Program-made: the position numbers and the translations under genes
Notes under the pieces: generated by a model
What the model was told of the DNA's origin: nothing
Database searches by the model: none
Seen by the model: only the letters and a program-made list of their open reading frames with translations
Source of the DNA: Perkinsus olseni
Taxonomy: Eukaryota
Direction: 5' to 3'
Length of the DNA: 64,000 nt
Assembly: GCA_013115125.1 (NCBI GenBank)
Contig: JABANN010000021.1
Span: 1 to 64,000 of the forward strand
Part shown: piece by piece, positions 1 to 12,967 of the stretch
Numbering within the stretch: the stretch's first letter is position 1
Layout of the letters: every line of letters starts with the position of its first letter

Positions 1-495
1 CCCCATATGTTCCCTCCTAATCGCGATCGCGCGCGCCTCGCTTTAAACTCGCCCAATAAATTGACCGGTCAATGAATCGGCATCCGCCAATGTGTGATAT
101 TCAATCACATCACAACACGTGGAGTCCTGGTACGAGGACAACAGGAGAGAGAAGGGCGAGAGCTGCCAGCATGGGGGACAGTAATAGGGGCAAGGCAAAA
201 TAACCAACGGTCATCGTGACATATTCTGCATCTTCCTATAATCAACATAAGATATGTCGATCGCTCCTAACTCGGGGTTATTGGTTCAGCTGAGTTATGC
301 TCATCCCCATTATCGTCGTTAAACTCGGATGATGATGGTGATCATAAATCGAGCCGCTTACGCGGGACTCCCCGCCGAACTAGAGCTATCAGCTCGGGCG
401 CGAGTAAGTGCCCTCTTCTTCCTCTTCTTAACGGCCACTCCTCTATCCTTTACTATTAATCGTCAGGTCATCTATCAGCTGACAGTCATCTTTCG

Positions 496-1819
496 ATGGA
501 CTTCCCTCATACCTTCTATGGGCATTTTGAGGATATAGGACCAAAGGACAGGATGGAGGATGCCCCAATGCTACATGAATTCAATGATCATAGTGGAGGT
601 AACACGATCCTTGTAGGAGTAACTAGTAGTGGTGATTGCGGAAGTAGGTATCTTTGGTGTGTTCGATGGGCATGGGGGCCCAGGGGCGGCCAATTTTGCC
701 CGAGACAACATCGATCGATTCATCATAAACGGGTTAGAGATGAAAGAGGATCGAGTAGATGCCTTCATCGACGGGTATGTCTGGCAGCGACAGCAGCAGC
801 AGCAGCAGTGGTGGTGGTAGGTGTTCATCGATGTACTAGATACAAGCGCACAGAGGAGGCGTTGTCACAGTATTTAAAAAAGGAGGAGTTCCCTGTTTTG
901 AAGGCTAAGTACGATATAGATGATAACTACGAGGAGCTGGTAAGGGATATGTGGACGACTTGTGAGTGTTCAGTCAGCATGTCAGGATGAGGATTACCCA
1001 GTATTATCCTCTGGTACCACAGCTTGTGTGTGTATGTTGGACGCATCTCGTAAACCAGCAACATTGACGGTAGCTAATCTTGGTGATTGCAAAGCCGTAT
1101 TGAATAGAGGGGGGAAGGTACTTCTTGTTATCATGTTCATCATATCATCATTCGTGTTGCAGGCAATATGCTTAACTAACTGTCATAATCTTAAGGACCC
1201 TTTACCAGAAGAGAGGGAGAGAGTTTTGCCTTACTTTAACAATGGTGTCCTCGGGGACTATCTCTTTGGCATAGCAGTAAGCATAGGTATTATTCTATAC
1301 ATCTCCCTCATGGTGTTCATCCCTCAGGTTACACGCTCTCTTGGCGATTTAGTAGTAGCTACTGGGCAGAAGAATCAAGGCTTGAGCAGTGTCCCGGAGG
1401 TCGTCGAAGTTGACGTCGAACCCGTAGATAGATTTCTCATAATAGCTAGTGATGGTATCTTTGAGGTTATGGACCCTCAAACGGCAGTTGAAACGGTAAG
1501 ATACTCGCATGCCTCGCCGTCTGTTCCGGTTCGCGACACTTCTGCGGGTGATGGTCAGGTACGATTGCATTTATTAGGGAGACGATCTACGCCAGGATCA
1601 GCAGCATATACGTTAGTAAAGCAGGCCTTGGCAAGAGGGACAGTTGACAACGTCTGCGCAATCGTCGTTATGCTACATGATTATCGATTTGGGTTGAAGG
1701 CCTTGCTTTCCGGTGGTTATAAAAATGATGAGGAGGAAGAAGATGGCGATGTCGATGAGGATGGTGATGAGTTTGATGTATCAAAGAGGATGGACGTTAA
1801 ACCCAAGGAGGGGAAGTAG
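496..1819 (+). CDS. PP2C/PPM-family protein phosphatase (spliced; true start may be upstream)
   Basis: Motifs RMED, IFGVFDGHGG, SGTTA, VANLGDCKAVL, VTRSLGD, FLIIASDGIFEV and DNVCAIVV are spread over exons separated by short GT-AG introns. Confidence 0.92.
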
Positions 1820-2083
1820 TAGTACCTCTCATAAACGCCTTTTATATTCATCTTCTTCAGGGCCGGCCGTACCTATACCTCTATCTACTGATCGTCACTC
1901 CTTCCGCTACGCCTTTATACCCTGTTATGTACAATTCGACTGCTTCTGCTGATGATGATGATGACGATGAAGGTTGCGGGTACTTCGTAACGGCTGCTGC
2001 TGCTTCGAAAGATGATTGAATCTTGTTCCAAATAACCACCCTTCGTGTTGAGTTTCTGCTTCTGTATCGTCTGCGTAATCATC

Positions 2084-3617
2084 ATGTCCAAGTTCAGTTA
2101 GTTGTTGTTATTCTGATTCTTGTTCACGATGGTGTCGAGTGTGTCGTGTGATAATGTTTTGGTATTGGTTGTGCAACGTGAAGATGACATGTATGAAGAG
2201 GAAGCTTCCGAAGCCTTCAGCCGTCTAGGAGTCTCTTCAGTGTAGACAGCAGCAGCCGTCGCCGTAGTGTACGTATCCCCCATCACTCACTGATGTTAGA
2301 TTTGGTAACACGCTTGAACAGTTCACTGCCCAGCTGCCTCAGTTGCCTGACGATAAGAAGTGTATGGTCCTGTGGGCTGCCGGAGATTCACAGCTTGTTG
2401 CGGTAGGTCAGACAAAAGGATATCTTATCTCGTTCGGTCGCGGACTCGACTTCCACCACGTTTTTACCGTTTTGCCGTACCGTAATTTTCCCAATTCTTT
2501 TGTTGTGCTTTCAGAGTGTACTGCAGCATTATGGTACGGATAAGCTTTCGTGGGTTCATTCGCTATCGGCTGGTGTTGATAATCTCGTCCCTGCCCTTGT
2601 CTCCAATCACCTTGCCGATAAGGTATGCCTGACTAATGCCCGTGGAGCATTCTCCAAGAGTTTGGCAGAGTAACGAGGATGGTGGCGGTTTACGGACTGT
2701 TCATCATGTTGCTGCTGTTGATGGCAGGTACTCTCTGATGTGCATGTTGCATTTCAATAAGAAAGTCCCTCTGCTGCAGAGGCTCCAAAAGGACAGGACC
2801 TGGCGTAAAATACAGATGCCTGTTGTGAGGGGCAAGACTGTTGGATTCGTTGGATTCGGGAGTATAGCCCAAGAGACGGCCAAGGTGTGCAGACCCCTCG
2901 GTAAGCATCTTTGGCTCAACCGTGGAAGATACGGAATAGGTCATTATCAAACCTCGTAGGCATGAAGATCCTTGCTTTGCGTAATCGTCCGGACGGTCCT
3001 GGTAGTGATCTAGCGGACGAGGTGCTCAACGCTGGAGTCCCCGAAGAAAAGAACAAGGTCTGACAGGCGTCCGTATTTGTCATACATCGAATTCACTTCT
3101 CTCATCAGTTGTTCCGAGAATCCGACTTCCTCGTTTGCTCCCTCCCTGGCACAAAGAATACCCAACACTTCTGTGGCTCTCACGTAAGCCGTACAAAGCT
3201 CAGGTTCGATCCCGGCATGTGTCATTTTAGGAGTTCTCCTTGATGCGTCCATCATCGGTGTTCATATCCATTGGTAGAGGAGTATGTGTGGATGAGTCGT
3301 CCCTGTATACAGCGTTGAGCACCCCTCATCGTGGCCCTGCAGCGGCGGCTATGGACGTTTTCGAGTCCGAACCGCTCAAAGAGGATTCTAAACTATGGAG
3401 TCTCGGACCTGACAAGTGAGCAGCCATTCTCAACACTCGCTACCCATTTCGACTACCTCTTTTTTCCAGACTTTTGATCAGCTCACACTGTGCAGACTTT
3501 ACAGAAGATTATGTTACCCTCACCGTCGATCTGTTCATGAAACTAGTCGTCGAGTTTAGCGCGAGGAAGTCCCCTGAAGATCTCCCGAATCAAGTCAGAG
3601 TAGCCTCTGGCTACTAA
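2084..3617 (+). CDS. D-isomer-specific 2-hydroxyacid dehydrogenase (spliced)
   Basis: Exon peptides include WVHSLSAGVD, GKTVGFVGFGSIAQETA (Rossmann fold), LVCSLPGT, FISIGRG..VDE, AAMDVFESEPL and an SSHCA-type C-terminal motif. Confidence 0.88.
3184..3230 (+). pseudogene. 47-nt intron consisting of a tRNA 3'-half relic (B-box)
   Basis: GTAAGCCGTACAAAGCTCAGGTTCGATCCCGGCATGTGTCATTTTAG. Removing it joins HFCGSH|EFSLMRP in frame. It contains GGTTCGATCCC, an acceptor-strand-like stretch and TTTT. Confidence 0.6.
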
Positions 3618-3822
3618 GGACTCTCCCTCTTCGTTAAGACTGTCAAATAATCGCCTTTTTCCATCCTAACATTAGTGTTGGGATATAATAATCTGTTGTA
3701 TTGTTTACTAAGCCATGCATAAGGCAGAGGGCATAATGATGTTTTACATGCCATGCATAGATGATGATGATGCAGATAGTCAGATAGCGGTGCTAAGCGA
3801 CTACGCCTGCTCATCTCACAGT

Positions 3823-5137
3823 ATGTCCAGCAAGGAGGATGAGGTTATTCATAATGAGGGTGAAGGAATGACGCCCTCAGTGATCTCCAGTCGATCCTGG
3901 ACGGTGAGTTTTCGCCTCCCTCCTTCGTGTTGACCGAGACCTCCGCTCAGATGATTGATAATGGAGCTAAGAGTAAGCATGAGAATGACGATGATTATAC
4001 CACACTTCCTTTGGCCAGCAGCAGCAGCAGCCGCCGTAGTATTAGTAACGTTGATTCTATTCATGAAGAGCGACAGAGAAGATTGGCCCTGATGCTCAGA
4101 GAGAGAGTTCTGGACTCGAGCAACTCTGGTCAGTCGCTACATCAGCTTGGCCGCCGTTCATTGGCATTAATTCCCGTTGTTGTTTAGAGTATGATGACTG
4201 GACTGCAACGGTTCGAGACTTACTACAGCCAGATAACAGCAGTCATGTGGTGGACTGCGAGACGGCAGAAGACGGAAGAAGAACAACCTCCATCACGGGG
4301 CAGTAGGATTGATGATGGTGATGCCCCTGGCTTTCGTGCGTAACGCCATTCAGGTCATGTCATGGTGAGGGTAGTAGCATTGCGGGTGGCAATCTCTCCG
4401 ATCTGGTAACGGATGAAAGTGTGAGTATATCATCATCGAGTGCTGCTGCTGCATCATCATCAGAGAAGGCCTCCTCCAGTAGGGTGTTCATCTCCTGTGA
4501 TGATATTAGTACTATCTTACTATCAGCTGATGGAGGTCATACCCGATCATCACTCGATGACCTCGTGTGCACAGTACTGCGTGATATGGGTTGTGCGGCA
4601 TCGTCGACGGGGACGGTAGCAATGATGGACAAAGATCGAACAGCCGCCGCCGCCGCCGCCGTCATCGTCGTCAGTCAGATATCTGCTGCGGCGTCTGTAG
4701 CCGATATCAATGACGTTGGTGGGCTCCCTCAGAGCACATCAGGAGTAGAGTCGTTGTCAGCACTGTGCCGGAGGTTAGTAGGTCGGAGGTTCAATCCAAT
4801 CACCTGATGTTCACTTCAGGCATCCCATCGCAACAGCGTTAATGGGCTGCGTCCTCGTCTACCACTTCGGTGGTATTGCTACCGGAGCACTCAAGAGACG
4901 ACGTATGAGGATGGGGCCGATTTTGATGCCCAACAGGCGGACCTGCGCGAAGATATCATTCTGGATGATGAAGCACATTGTGGATTTGATAAGCATCGGA
5001 GGTGGTAGTTGTAGTCAGGTGTAACCTCATCAGCGTATATGTAGTTCAAGGACAGTGTTGCTATGGTATCATGTGTTGGCGTACCCTACTGTGTCAGGTT
5101 CAAGAAGGACGCCCCCACCTTTACCCGAGTTCATTAG
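3823..5137 (+). CDS. Hypothetical low-complexity spliced protein
   Basis: Chain of + strand ORFs (3927, 4421, etc.) linked by GT-AG introns. No recognisable domain. Confidence 0.4.
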
Positions 5138-5202
5138 AAGCATAGATATCATACTTCATTAGTATTGTTTGTCATTGTTAAGTATAATACTGTGGGTATC
5201 GG

Positions 5203-5892
5203 ATGGCAGACCTTCAGGTCCAAGTCCGACTCTATCAATTCTGCTCAATGCTGCTCCCATTTATCATAATCAGCGATAGTGTTGTGGTAGTGTACAAATT
5301 CATGGGCTGCTTTCTATTTCACTTGGATATCGGGTCATCACTCCAGTCGCTGCAGGCTTGTAGAAGCCGCTATAATAAGGGTCTTCGTGGTGGAAGGTCG
5401 TCAATCTGTCAGAACCGGAAACTAAGCCCTCGTAGCCTCCCTGAGCGAAGCCCCTCATCAGCGTTGTTCGGGAGAGGGTACCCACTAATGCCGGCCAAGA
5501 GTAGTAGCAACACTGGTGAGTTCTGCCCATCAACATCGAGTTGCTATCACCATTCATTGGCATTTCTTCATTACCGGTATTGCGGTATCCATCGCTAGCG
5601 ATGTATTTGTCCATCCTGAAGACAGCCCCTGTGTTATTCTCTTCCAGCACGGGACAGCTCCTTGTGTCATTCATCGACAGTGCCCCATGCCGGCTAGCAT
5701 TACCCCCTCTTGTTGCTGTGGTGGGGCGAATACTAGTCTAGTGAGTGCGCATGATGAACACTACCTCCTTCCTCTGGACGTAGTATCGTGTGTGCACGCA
5801 TGAACAGCAGCTGCCGGTCGTGTGACGCGGTGTGCTTGGCCTTTGCGTTAATGGCCGTTAATAGCTTCCTGGAGGAGTTGTCGCTGTACTTA
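5203..5892 (+). CDS. Possible small hydrophobic hypothetical protein
   Basis: Hydrophobic ORF fragments at 5203 and 5541 with splice-like signals. No family recognised. Confidence 0.25.
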
Positions 5893-5953
5893 GAGGTCGT
5901 AGGGTGTCATTGACTTTTTAAATATTACTTGATACTGTAGTACGTGCTGATAA

Positions 5954-8182
5954 ATGATGATGATGCTCGGCATGGTCAATGCTACTGCCTCCGTTGCAGC
6001 AGTGACCTCGAAAGATCTCACCATCAACTGTGCTCGGTATGCTACTAGGCTCATGTGTGTTACGTCCTGTGCTATGATGAGGAACAGCAGTATGATGATG
6101 ATAAGACTCCGCAATGGTGGTAGTTTTGGGGCTTCGTCACTTGTGTCAAAAAGAAGTATGTCAATGGCAGCGTCAGCAGCAGCAGCATCCTCCAACACTC
6201 TGGATTACGATTATCTTGTCATTGGAGGCGGCAGTGGTGGTAAGTCTCCAGAGTCTCTCTGCTCTACCCGTGTATGCATCTTGTGGTGAAGGTATATCAT
6301 CTGCCCGTCGTGCTGCTAGCTACCGTACTCCCGAAAATCCTTTGAGGGTTGGCCTGGTCGAGCGGGATGTTGATCACATGATTGGTGGAACTTGCGTCAA
6401 CGTCGGTTGCGTGCCTAAGAAGGTATGACCACCGAAGATAGAGCACTTCTCATTCTTCTCTTGCCTCTCCTTTTTCTCAGCTGTCTTGGAGTGCTGCTAC
6501 CTTGAATGAGACCTTCCTGCATGATGCTTCCCACTATGGTTTTCAAACTGACGAGGGAAGCAGTGCCCCTCCGATGGATTACACTACGTTCAAGCATAGA
6601 AGGGATAAGTATCTCGCCAGGCTTCGTGGTATATACCAGAACAATCTGAAGAAGGCGGATGTACGTTGGAATGTCGTCGCTGTCTTATCAATCGTGGGAT
6701 CTACTTCAGGTGGACTTGATCCGCTCCGCAGGCCGTATTGCGAAAAGTGAAAGTGACAACGAAAAGGTCACCGTCCAAGTGAGAATCTTTGATGCCCTCA
6801 GCTCCGTACTGTTCAAGATGGTGTATGATTATTCAGCTCGATGATGGTAAGAAGGTCACCGCTAGTCACGTCCTCATCGCTTGCGGAGGCCAGCCGGAGG
6901 TCCCTGAGATCGAAGGCAAAGAGTTCACCATAGACTCGGATGGTAGGCATTGGGATTTGCTGCTCTCAGTTGCACATAGGCTGTCTTTCAGGCTTCTTCG
7001 AACTAGAGAAGTTACCCAAGAGCGTTGTTGTGGCTGGTGCTGGTTACATCGCTGTCGAGTTAGCAGGCATCTTCAACGCCTTCGGTGTTGATACCACTCT
7101 GACTGTTCGACGTCATAAGGTACTATTACTGCTTCTACAGGCTTTCTCTTAGCAACTCTAACCGCTAACAGGCTCTTCGATCCTTTGATGAGGACATATC
7201 CGATGAGTTGATGGTGCAGATGCAGAAGTCAGGAATCAAGTACGTGGCCCCTCATCATACAGTTTATCATCATCTTCGTGTTGTTTCTAGGGTGGCGACT
7301 CACTTTGTCCCGAAGAAGGTCACTAAGGATGAGGCTACCGGTGCACTCACCCTTACTGCCGAATCTGGAGCGGAGGTCCGTGCTGACTGTGTTTTGATGG
7401 CTGCTGGTAGAACTACTAAGCCAAATGTTGAAGCTATCGGCTGCAAGGGTATAATTGACCTAACTCCCAAGGGCTACATCAAGGTAATAACCAGCCAACA
7501 AGTGTATGCTGTCGGGAGGGATGATGATTGTCAGGTCGACAAGTATCAGAATACGTCAATGCCACGGGTTTATGCCGTTGGTGATGTCATAGGCAATTAT
7601 GAGCTTACTCCTGTTGCCATCGCTGCTGGCAGGACTCTATCAGATCGTTTATTCGGACCCTTCCAGGTGAGTGGTGGCTAAGTCTCTCTTTCGGCGCCGT
7701 CATCAAATGCTGTCGTTACTTTCCAGGACAAGAGCAACCTGTATATCGACTATGAGACTATTCCAACTGTCGTCTTCGCCCATCCTCCGATCGGCACTTG
7801 TGGGCTCACCGAGGCTCAAGCCGTCGAGAAGTACGGCAAGGATAACCTCAAGGTAACAGCGCATTCTACCACTTACACTAGCAATCCGTTGTCGTTCCAG
7901 ATCTATCGATCGAGATTCGTGAACCTGTATTACGGCATCTTCCAAGTCGAGCCTTCCGAGAAGCCGAAGACTTTGGTCAAGGTCATATGTACCGGTCCAG
8001 AGGAGAAGGTTGTTGGTCTTCACGTCCTTGGTATGGGCGCTGATGAGCTCCTGCAAGGCTTTGCTGTGGCCATGAGGATGGGGGCTACGAAGGCTGATCT
8101 CGATCGTACTGTCGCTATTCATCCCACTGCTGCCGAAGAAATCGTTACATTAGCACCATGGGGACCTATGTCTAAGCATTAG
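5954..8182 (+). CDS. GSR: Glutathione-disulfide reductase with N-terminal extension (spliced)
   Basis: [12 protein letters not shown], redox motif [40 protein letters not shown], and C-terminal AIHPTAAEE. No TrxR-type C-terminal Cys pair. Confidence 0.95.
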
Positions 8183-8673
8183 ATGGCACCTGTGGAGCAT
8201 ACGTGGTAGCTCATCATCCTTTTAATTGTATACAATAAGAACTCCTGCTGATTCACACTATAGTGGACAAAGTGATAAAAAGTCACCAGTGGCCAAATGA
8301 GATTCTTATCTGATGTGAGTTTGACTTGAGTTCCTGCGCGTTGTTAATTGCCGGACTCGAATCATCGAGTAGTCTCATCATGTACAATGTTACATCCAGC
8401 GCGTTCGGAATGTGGGCATGGGCGGCTGCCTCCCACGGGTCAGAGTGAGAGGTGTATCAGCTCGATGACGCATTCAAATGGCGCATTCTCGTAAGACTAG
8501 GTGCCTTAATGAGAGGTTAGTCCCGGGCGTCATCGTCGACGGTGTATCAGCGTCAGTTAATACTACTGCAATGATGAACACTGCCACAATAGATGCTTTC
8601 AACGAACATTACATCATAACAACATGACATGAGTCGGCATGAATGAACACCTTGTGGTTACACGAGCTGTGAG

Positions 8674-8757
8674 CCTGAGGTTAAGAGAGCATGAGTATCA
8701 CCTAAGGTTAAGAGAGCATGAGTATCACCCGAGGTTAAGAGAGCATGATTATCACCT
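8674..8757. repeat. 27-bp tandem repeat, about 3 copies
   Basis: CCTGAGGTTAAGAGAGCATGAGTATCA x3 with few substitutions; reads GDTHALLT(S/L) on the minus strand. Confidence 0.9.
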
Positions 8758-8818
8758 ATAGATCTTGGAGTACTGCAACTGTTACTCCCAGCGCCCAGCC
8801 GGCATGATGCAACAACCG

Positions 8819-10587
8819 TCACATCCTTGTATCCCAATTCTTTAACATGCTCTTGTTGTTGAAGTTTATGATATTCTCCCAATCCATACGCCGGGCCCTT
8901 AGTGGAGAACCTGCTCCAGACGCTCTTCCCTCATCCTGCCGCAGTATCAACACTTCGCCTCCTCCCTGTGGTCTCCCCTCGTATCCAGCGACTACCAATG
9001 CGTTGAACACCGGAAAGTAGGCAACAGTATCGTAACCCTGCTGAGATAACAGTGTTCCATGTGTCTTCACCCTGCCGCCCGTCAATTCTAGACCTAGTAT
9101 TCTCGAGCTCTCACCTACTGAGCCCTGATAGAAACCTTCCTCAGGCTTGAGATCTCCCATTCCAACCTCCTTCGATACGTTCTTCGCGTACAATTTCCCC
9201 TCCTCACATAAGGAGTTGAGTTCCCTAACGACGGGGTTATCCATACTGACGAGCCTTTCTCTCAGAGGTTTTTTCCATCTGTCCAACTGATATTGGATAT
9301 TCCCATTGATGAAGTCCAAAGAAGCACCAATCAGTGGAGTTGTATCCATCGACGAATGCCTCGTAGTACCGAGTCCTACCTTCATTATCTACATGATAGA
9401 TGGATGCTCGACTCGGGGGTCTGTTGAATGTGTTGGTACTGAAGTAGGGCCACGGGATCACCTCATACTCCTGCTCCAGCGCCTTCTCGAAGTCGACTGG
9501 TGATGCCCAATATCGTGGTGGTGACCTTATAGGTGCTATGAAGTACTCATCACCGCTGCGTCCCTGACCGAATAGCCACTGCTTCCGTTCAAACTGAGAG
9601 ATTCGCTTGGACATGTTTAAGTGACCTTCACGAGCTCCTAGCGTGGGGGGGCCGCATTCCTCTCGGATTCAATCGGTCAGCTGGCAACTTGGCAATCTTG
9701 TAACCATTCGTTCCGCTAGTAACCTCATCCCATGAATCGAGGATATGAGCGTTGTAGTCGGAAGAACCGTCGTGGACAATCGGGACGCGACCTATCTCTA
9801 GAAGGATGAAGAAGTGTGCCGGGCCCTCAGCACCATACGCCATACCAAGGAGGGCTCCCGAGTGCGACCCGAATGCGTAGTATCTAACGTAACGCACCCA
9901 GCCAGTGTCACCCTTGAATGAATAGTATGCAACTTGGCCCCTCTCGCCAAAAATCAGAGTCATGAACAGTGGCCCATCACCACCAGTGTATGCTGAGCCT
10001 GATTTGGGAAGTTGATTGCGCTGACGCTCAGTCGCCTTTAAAGTCTTTTTCCATCCCGATGGCCGGATCAAGGAAACACTCATTCGCATATGCTTCTGTA
10101 GCTCTCGGAGTGTAGCATTACCCCCTATTGGTGCATCATCCTTCTCGAGAGGTCTCATCACCCCTTCCGTATCGAAGGTGTATCTCATACCATGAATACT
10201 ATCAAACCTGTCTGTCGTTTCATGATTCAACGTCGCCTCGTAGTACGTAGTGAGACAAGCAAAACTCACTTTGAAGACTCCCGCTTCTTCAACGGGCAGT
10301 TGAATAGGATAATGAACATCACGACGGAATTCTAATGGAGCAAACTGGACATCGTCGACGAGCGTCCATTCGATTGCCTCTGCCCCCACGCTCATGAAAT
10401 TACGCCAGGGAAGAAAAAAGTAATATTGGTCATTCCAGTGGGTATAGAGGATGTCTGGCAAGTATGGTACGTTGGCATCCGGTTCACTCGGAAGATTCTG
10501 ATACATGAACCTCGCCGCAGCTAGTAGGCGATGGGACATATCAAAAAAAGATGAACAGGCCCTATCAAGGGCGTAAGCATATGGCAT
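8819..10587 (-). pseudogene. Second (disrupted) copy of an unknown intron-poor lineage-specific gene
   Basis: ORFs 9628-10587, 9237-9614 and 8819-9385 are collinear with the 571-aa ORF upstream. The breaks are +1 insertions in a C7 run (~9645) and an A6 run (~9270). Confidence 0.75.
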
Positions 10588-12303
10588 TCAAGAGAATGCC
10601 AGTTCGGGTAGCGGCTCGGGGTGATAGCTACTAAACGGAGGTCGACATGTACCGCCTAGTCGAGTCGACAGTTCCCACTGGGTGACCTCTTCGGTCCAGC
10701 CGTGCGCTTCCACGATGAATGAAGATGGAATATGCCGGACCTCCTTCCGAAGCAGTGCATGTGAGCCTCTCACGACCCTCGCCCTCGCAGCCGTGAACAA
10801 TACAAAAACTATTTCGTAAAGATCATCCCGAAGAAATACTGTTCCGTACGTCTCTACAGTTCTTCTTCCGAACTCTAGACCCAGGGTCCCGAAACGCCCA
10901 CCCAGTGCACCCTTGAAGGAACCTTTCTCAGGTCTCGTGTCTTGTGGCTTAACAATCTTCTGAATCTTGCTTTTACGTAATTCTCCATTTTCACATAGGG
11001 AGTTGAGTTCCCTAACGACGGGGTTATCCATACTAACGAGGCGATCTCTCAGAGGTTTCTCCATCTGTCCAACTGATATAGGATATTCCCATTGATGAAG
11101 TCCAAAGAAGCACCAATCAGTGGAGTTGTATCCATCGACGAATGCCTCGTAGTACCGAGTCCTACCTTCACCATCCACATGATAGATGGATGCCCGACCC
11201 GGAGGCGAATCATATGTCGCGTTACCATAATAAGGCCACGGTATGAGCTCACTCCGCATATTGGGCGACTCCTGAGTATCAAATGGAGATACTTCATATC
11301 GTGCAGAGGACAGTCTAATGGGGGCTATATAATATTCATCGCCTCCTCGCCCTTTCCCAAATAGCCACTCATGTGGTTTGTACGTTTGTGTGTCTGGAAG
11401 CTCTCTACGAGGTAATATCCTAGGAAGATGCAAGGCTCTCGGTCTTAATCGAGCAGTCGGGGGTCTAGCGCTCATTGATGTACCGCTCCCCACTTCATCC
11501 CATAGACAAAGAGTGCTCCGATCGTAACCAGTAATGTTGCCGCTTGCCAGTTTCTCTAGATCTGTTGCCAAAAGTATAAAGAAGTGTGCGGGATGTTCAG
11601 TCGTGTAGGCCATAGCGAGGAGGGCCCCTGATTCCAGTCCAAAGCTGTGATATCGGACATAACGTACTGAGTCGATGTCGCCTTTGACGGACGAGAAGGC
11701 AACTTCGCTCCCTTCATCGAAAATCAGAATCATGGAGAGTGCACCGTCACCGCCAATGTAAGCTGATCCAGGTTTAGGAAGCTGCTTGTACTCGCTACCA
11801 ATGCTCCACAATCTAATACCCTTCTTTCTCGGTCTCTTGGCGAATGGAACACTCATTCGCATAAGCTTCTGTAGCTCCTCGAGTGTAGCATTGCCCCCTA
11901 TTGGTGCATCATCTCTCTCGAGAGGTCTCATCACCCCTTCCGTATCGAAGGTGTATCTCATACCATGAATACTATCAAATATGTCTGTTGTTTCATGATT
12001 CAACGTCACCTCGTAGTATGTGGTGACCTCGTCCCCCACCACTTTGAAGACCCCCGCTTCTTGTACGCTGCGTTTGAAAGGGGAAAAGAAGTCCCTGCGG
12101 AACTCTAAAGGTGCAAACTTGATGTCATCGACGATAGTCCAATCAATGGGTTCTGCCGCAACTCCCATGAATTCACGCCAGGGGAGTAGATAGTAGTCAG
12201 CTACGTTCCCCCGGGTGTAGAGGACCTCCGGGACATAGGGCACTGAATTCATCGCAGGATCTCGATACATAAACCTCGAGACGGCCAGGAAATGATCGAT
12301 CAT
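10588..12303 (-). CDS. Unknown 571-aa intronless protein (first copy of tandem duplicate)
   Basis: Long ORF sharing near-identical blocks with the downstream copy (FDSIHGMRYTFDTEGVMRPLE; EGRTRYYEAFVDGYNSTDWCFFGLHQWEYP). Confidence 0.75.
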   Translation of the reverse strand: MIDHFLAVSRFMYRDPAMNSVPYVPEVLYTRGNVADYYLLPWREFMGVAAEPIDWTIVDDIKFAPLEFRRDFFSPFKRSVQEAGVFKVVGDEVTTYYEVTLNHETTDIFDSIHGMRYTFDTEGVMRPLERDDAPIGGNATLEELQKLMRMSVPFAKRPRKKGIRLWSIGSEYKQLPKPGSAYIGGDGALSMILIFDEGSEVAFSSVKGDIDSVRYVRYHSFGLESGALLAMAYTTEHPAHFFILLATDLEKLASGNITGYDRSTLCLWDEVGSGTSMSARPPTARLRPRALHLPRILPRRELPDTQTYKPHEWLFGKGRGGDEYYIAPIRLSSARYEVSPFDTQESPNMRSELIPWPYYGNATYDSPPGRASIYHVDGEGRTRYYEAFVDGYNSTDWCFFGLHQWEYPISVGQMEKPLRDRLVSMDNPVVRELNSLCENGELRKSKIQKIVKPQDTRPEKGSFKGALGGRFGTLGLEFGRRTVETYGTVFLRDDLYEIVFVLFTAARARVVRGSHALLRKEVRHIPSSFIVEAHGWTEEVTQWELSTRLGGTCRPPFSSYHPEPLPELAFS

Positions 12304-12967
12304 ATGAGAGGTGGAGGATGACGATGAGAAAACGTACCCAAAGCTTCAAGGATGCTCGATGCTCCCGTCACAACACCCACCGGAATACACCCCTCGGATT
12401 GGATATATATGCTAAATCCTTTGTCTTCTGAAGAGCTACGAGACGTGCGGCACGCACAAGTCGTTTGCTCGGAGAACGCGAAGTTCCACTGAGGATCGGC
12501 AAGATTCGACAAGAATTCAAGATTTGTAGAACCACTCCACGGGCATCTCATTAATACTTCTATGGGAAGTAAAAAGTCACCTTCCACTTCCCTCCAGCGT
12601 ACGTTCATCTTGGCTGTATCATCAGCCGTACTTGGAGCGCTTCTGTCCACAGGGTGAGGTCACTAGGGTGTGCCGTGGTATATGATCGTAGGAGTAGGTA
12701 TTGGTATGGTACTACACAGGGATGCCCACCAAGTCTGCCATATGGATGGAGGGATGAGTACACAACACATTCTGAAGGAGGGAAGCAGGATGAGGTCGGC
12801 TCACGCAGTACCCGCTTCTCGAGAGCCTTGGGTCTACAGGACATTAAAGCATCGGGCGATGTGGAACGAAGAGGGTCGATGCCGACCAACATCACTTGTA
12901 GGATATCAACAGCCATCCTTACCAAGCAGTAACCATACCGCATCACCAGTCTATCGTCAATAACTCG

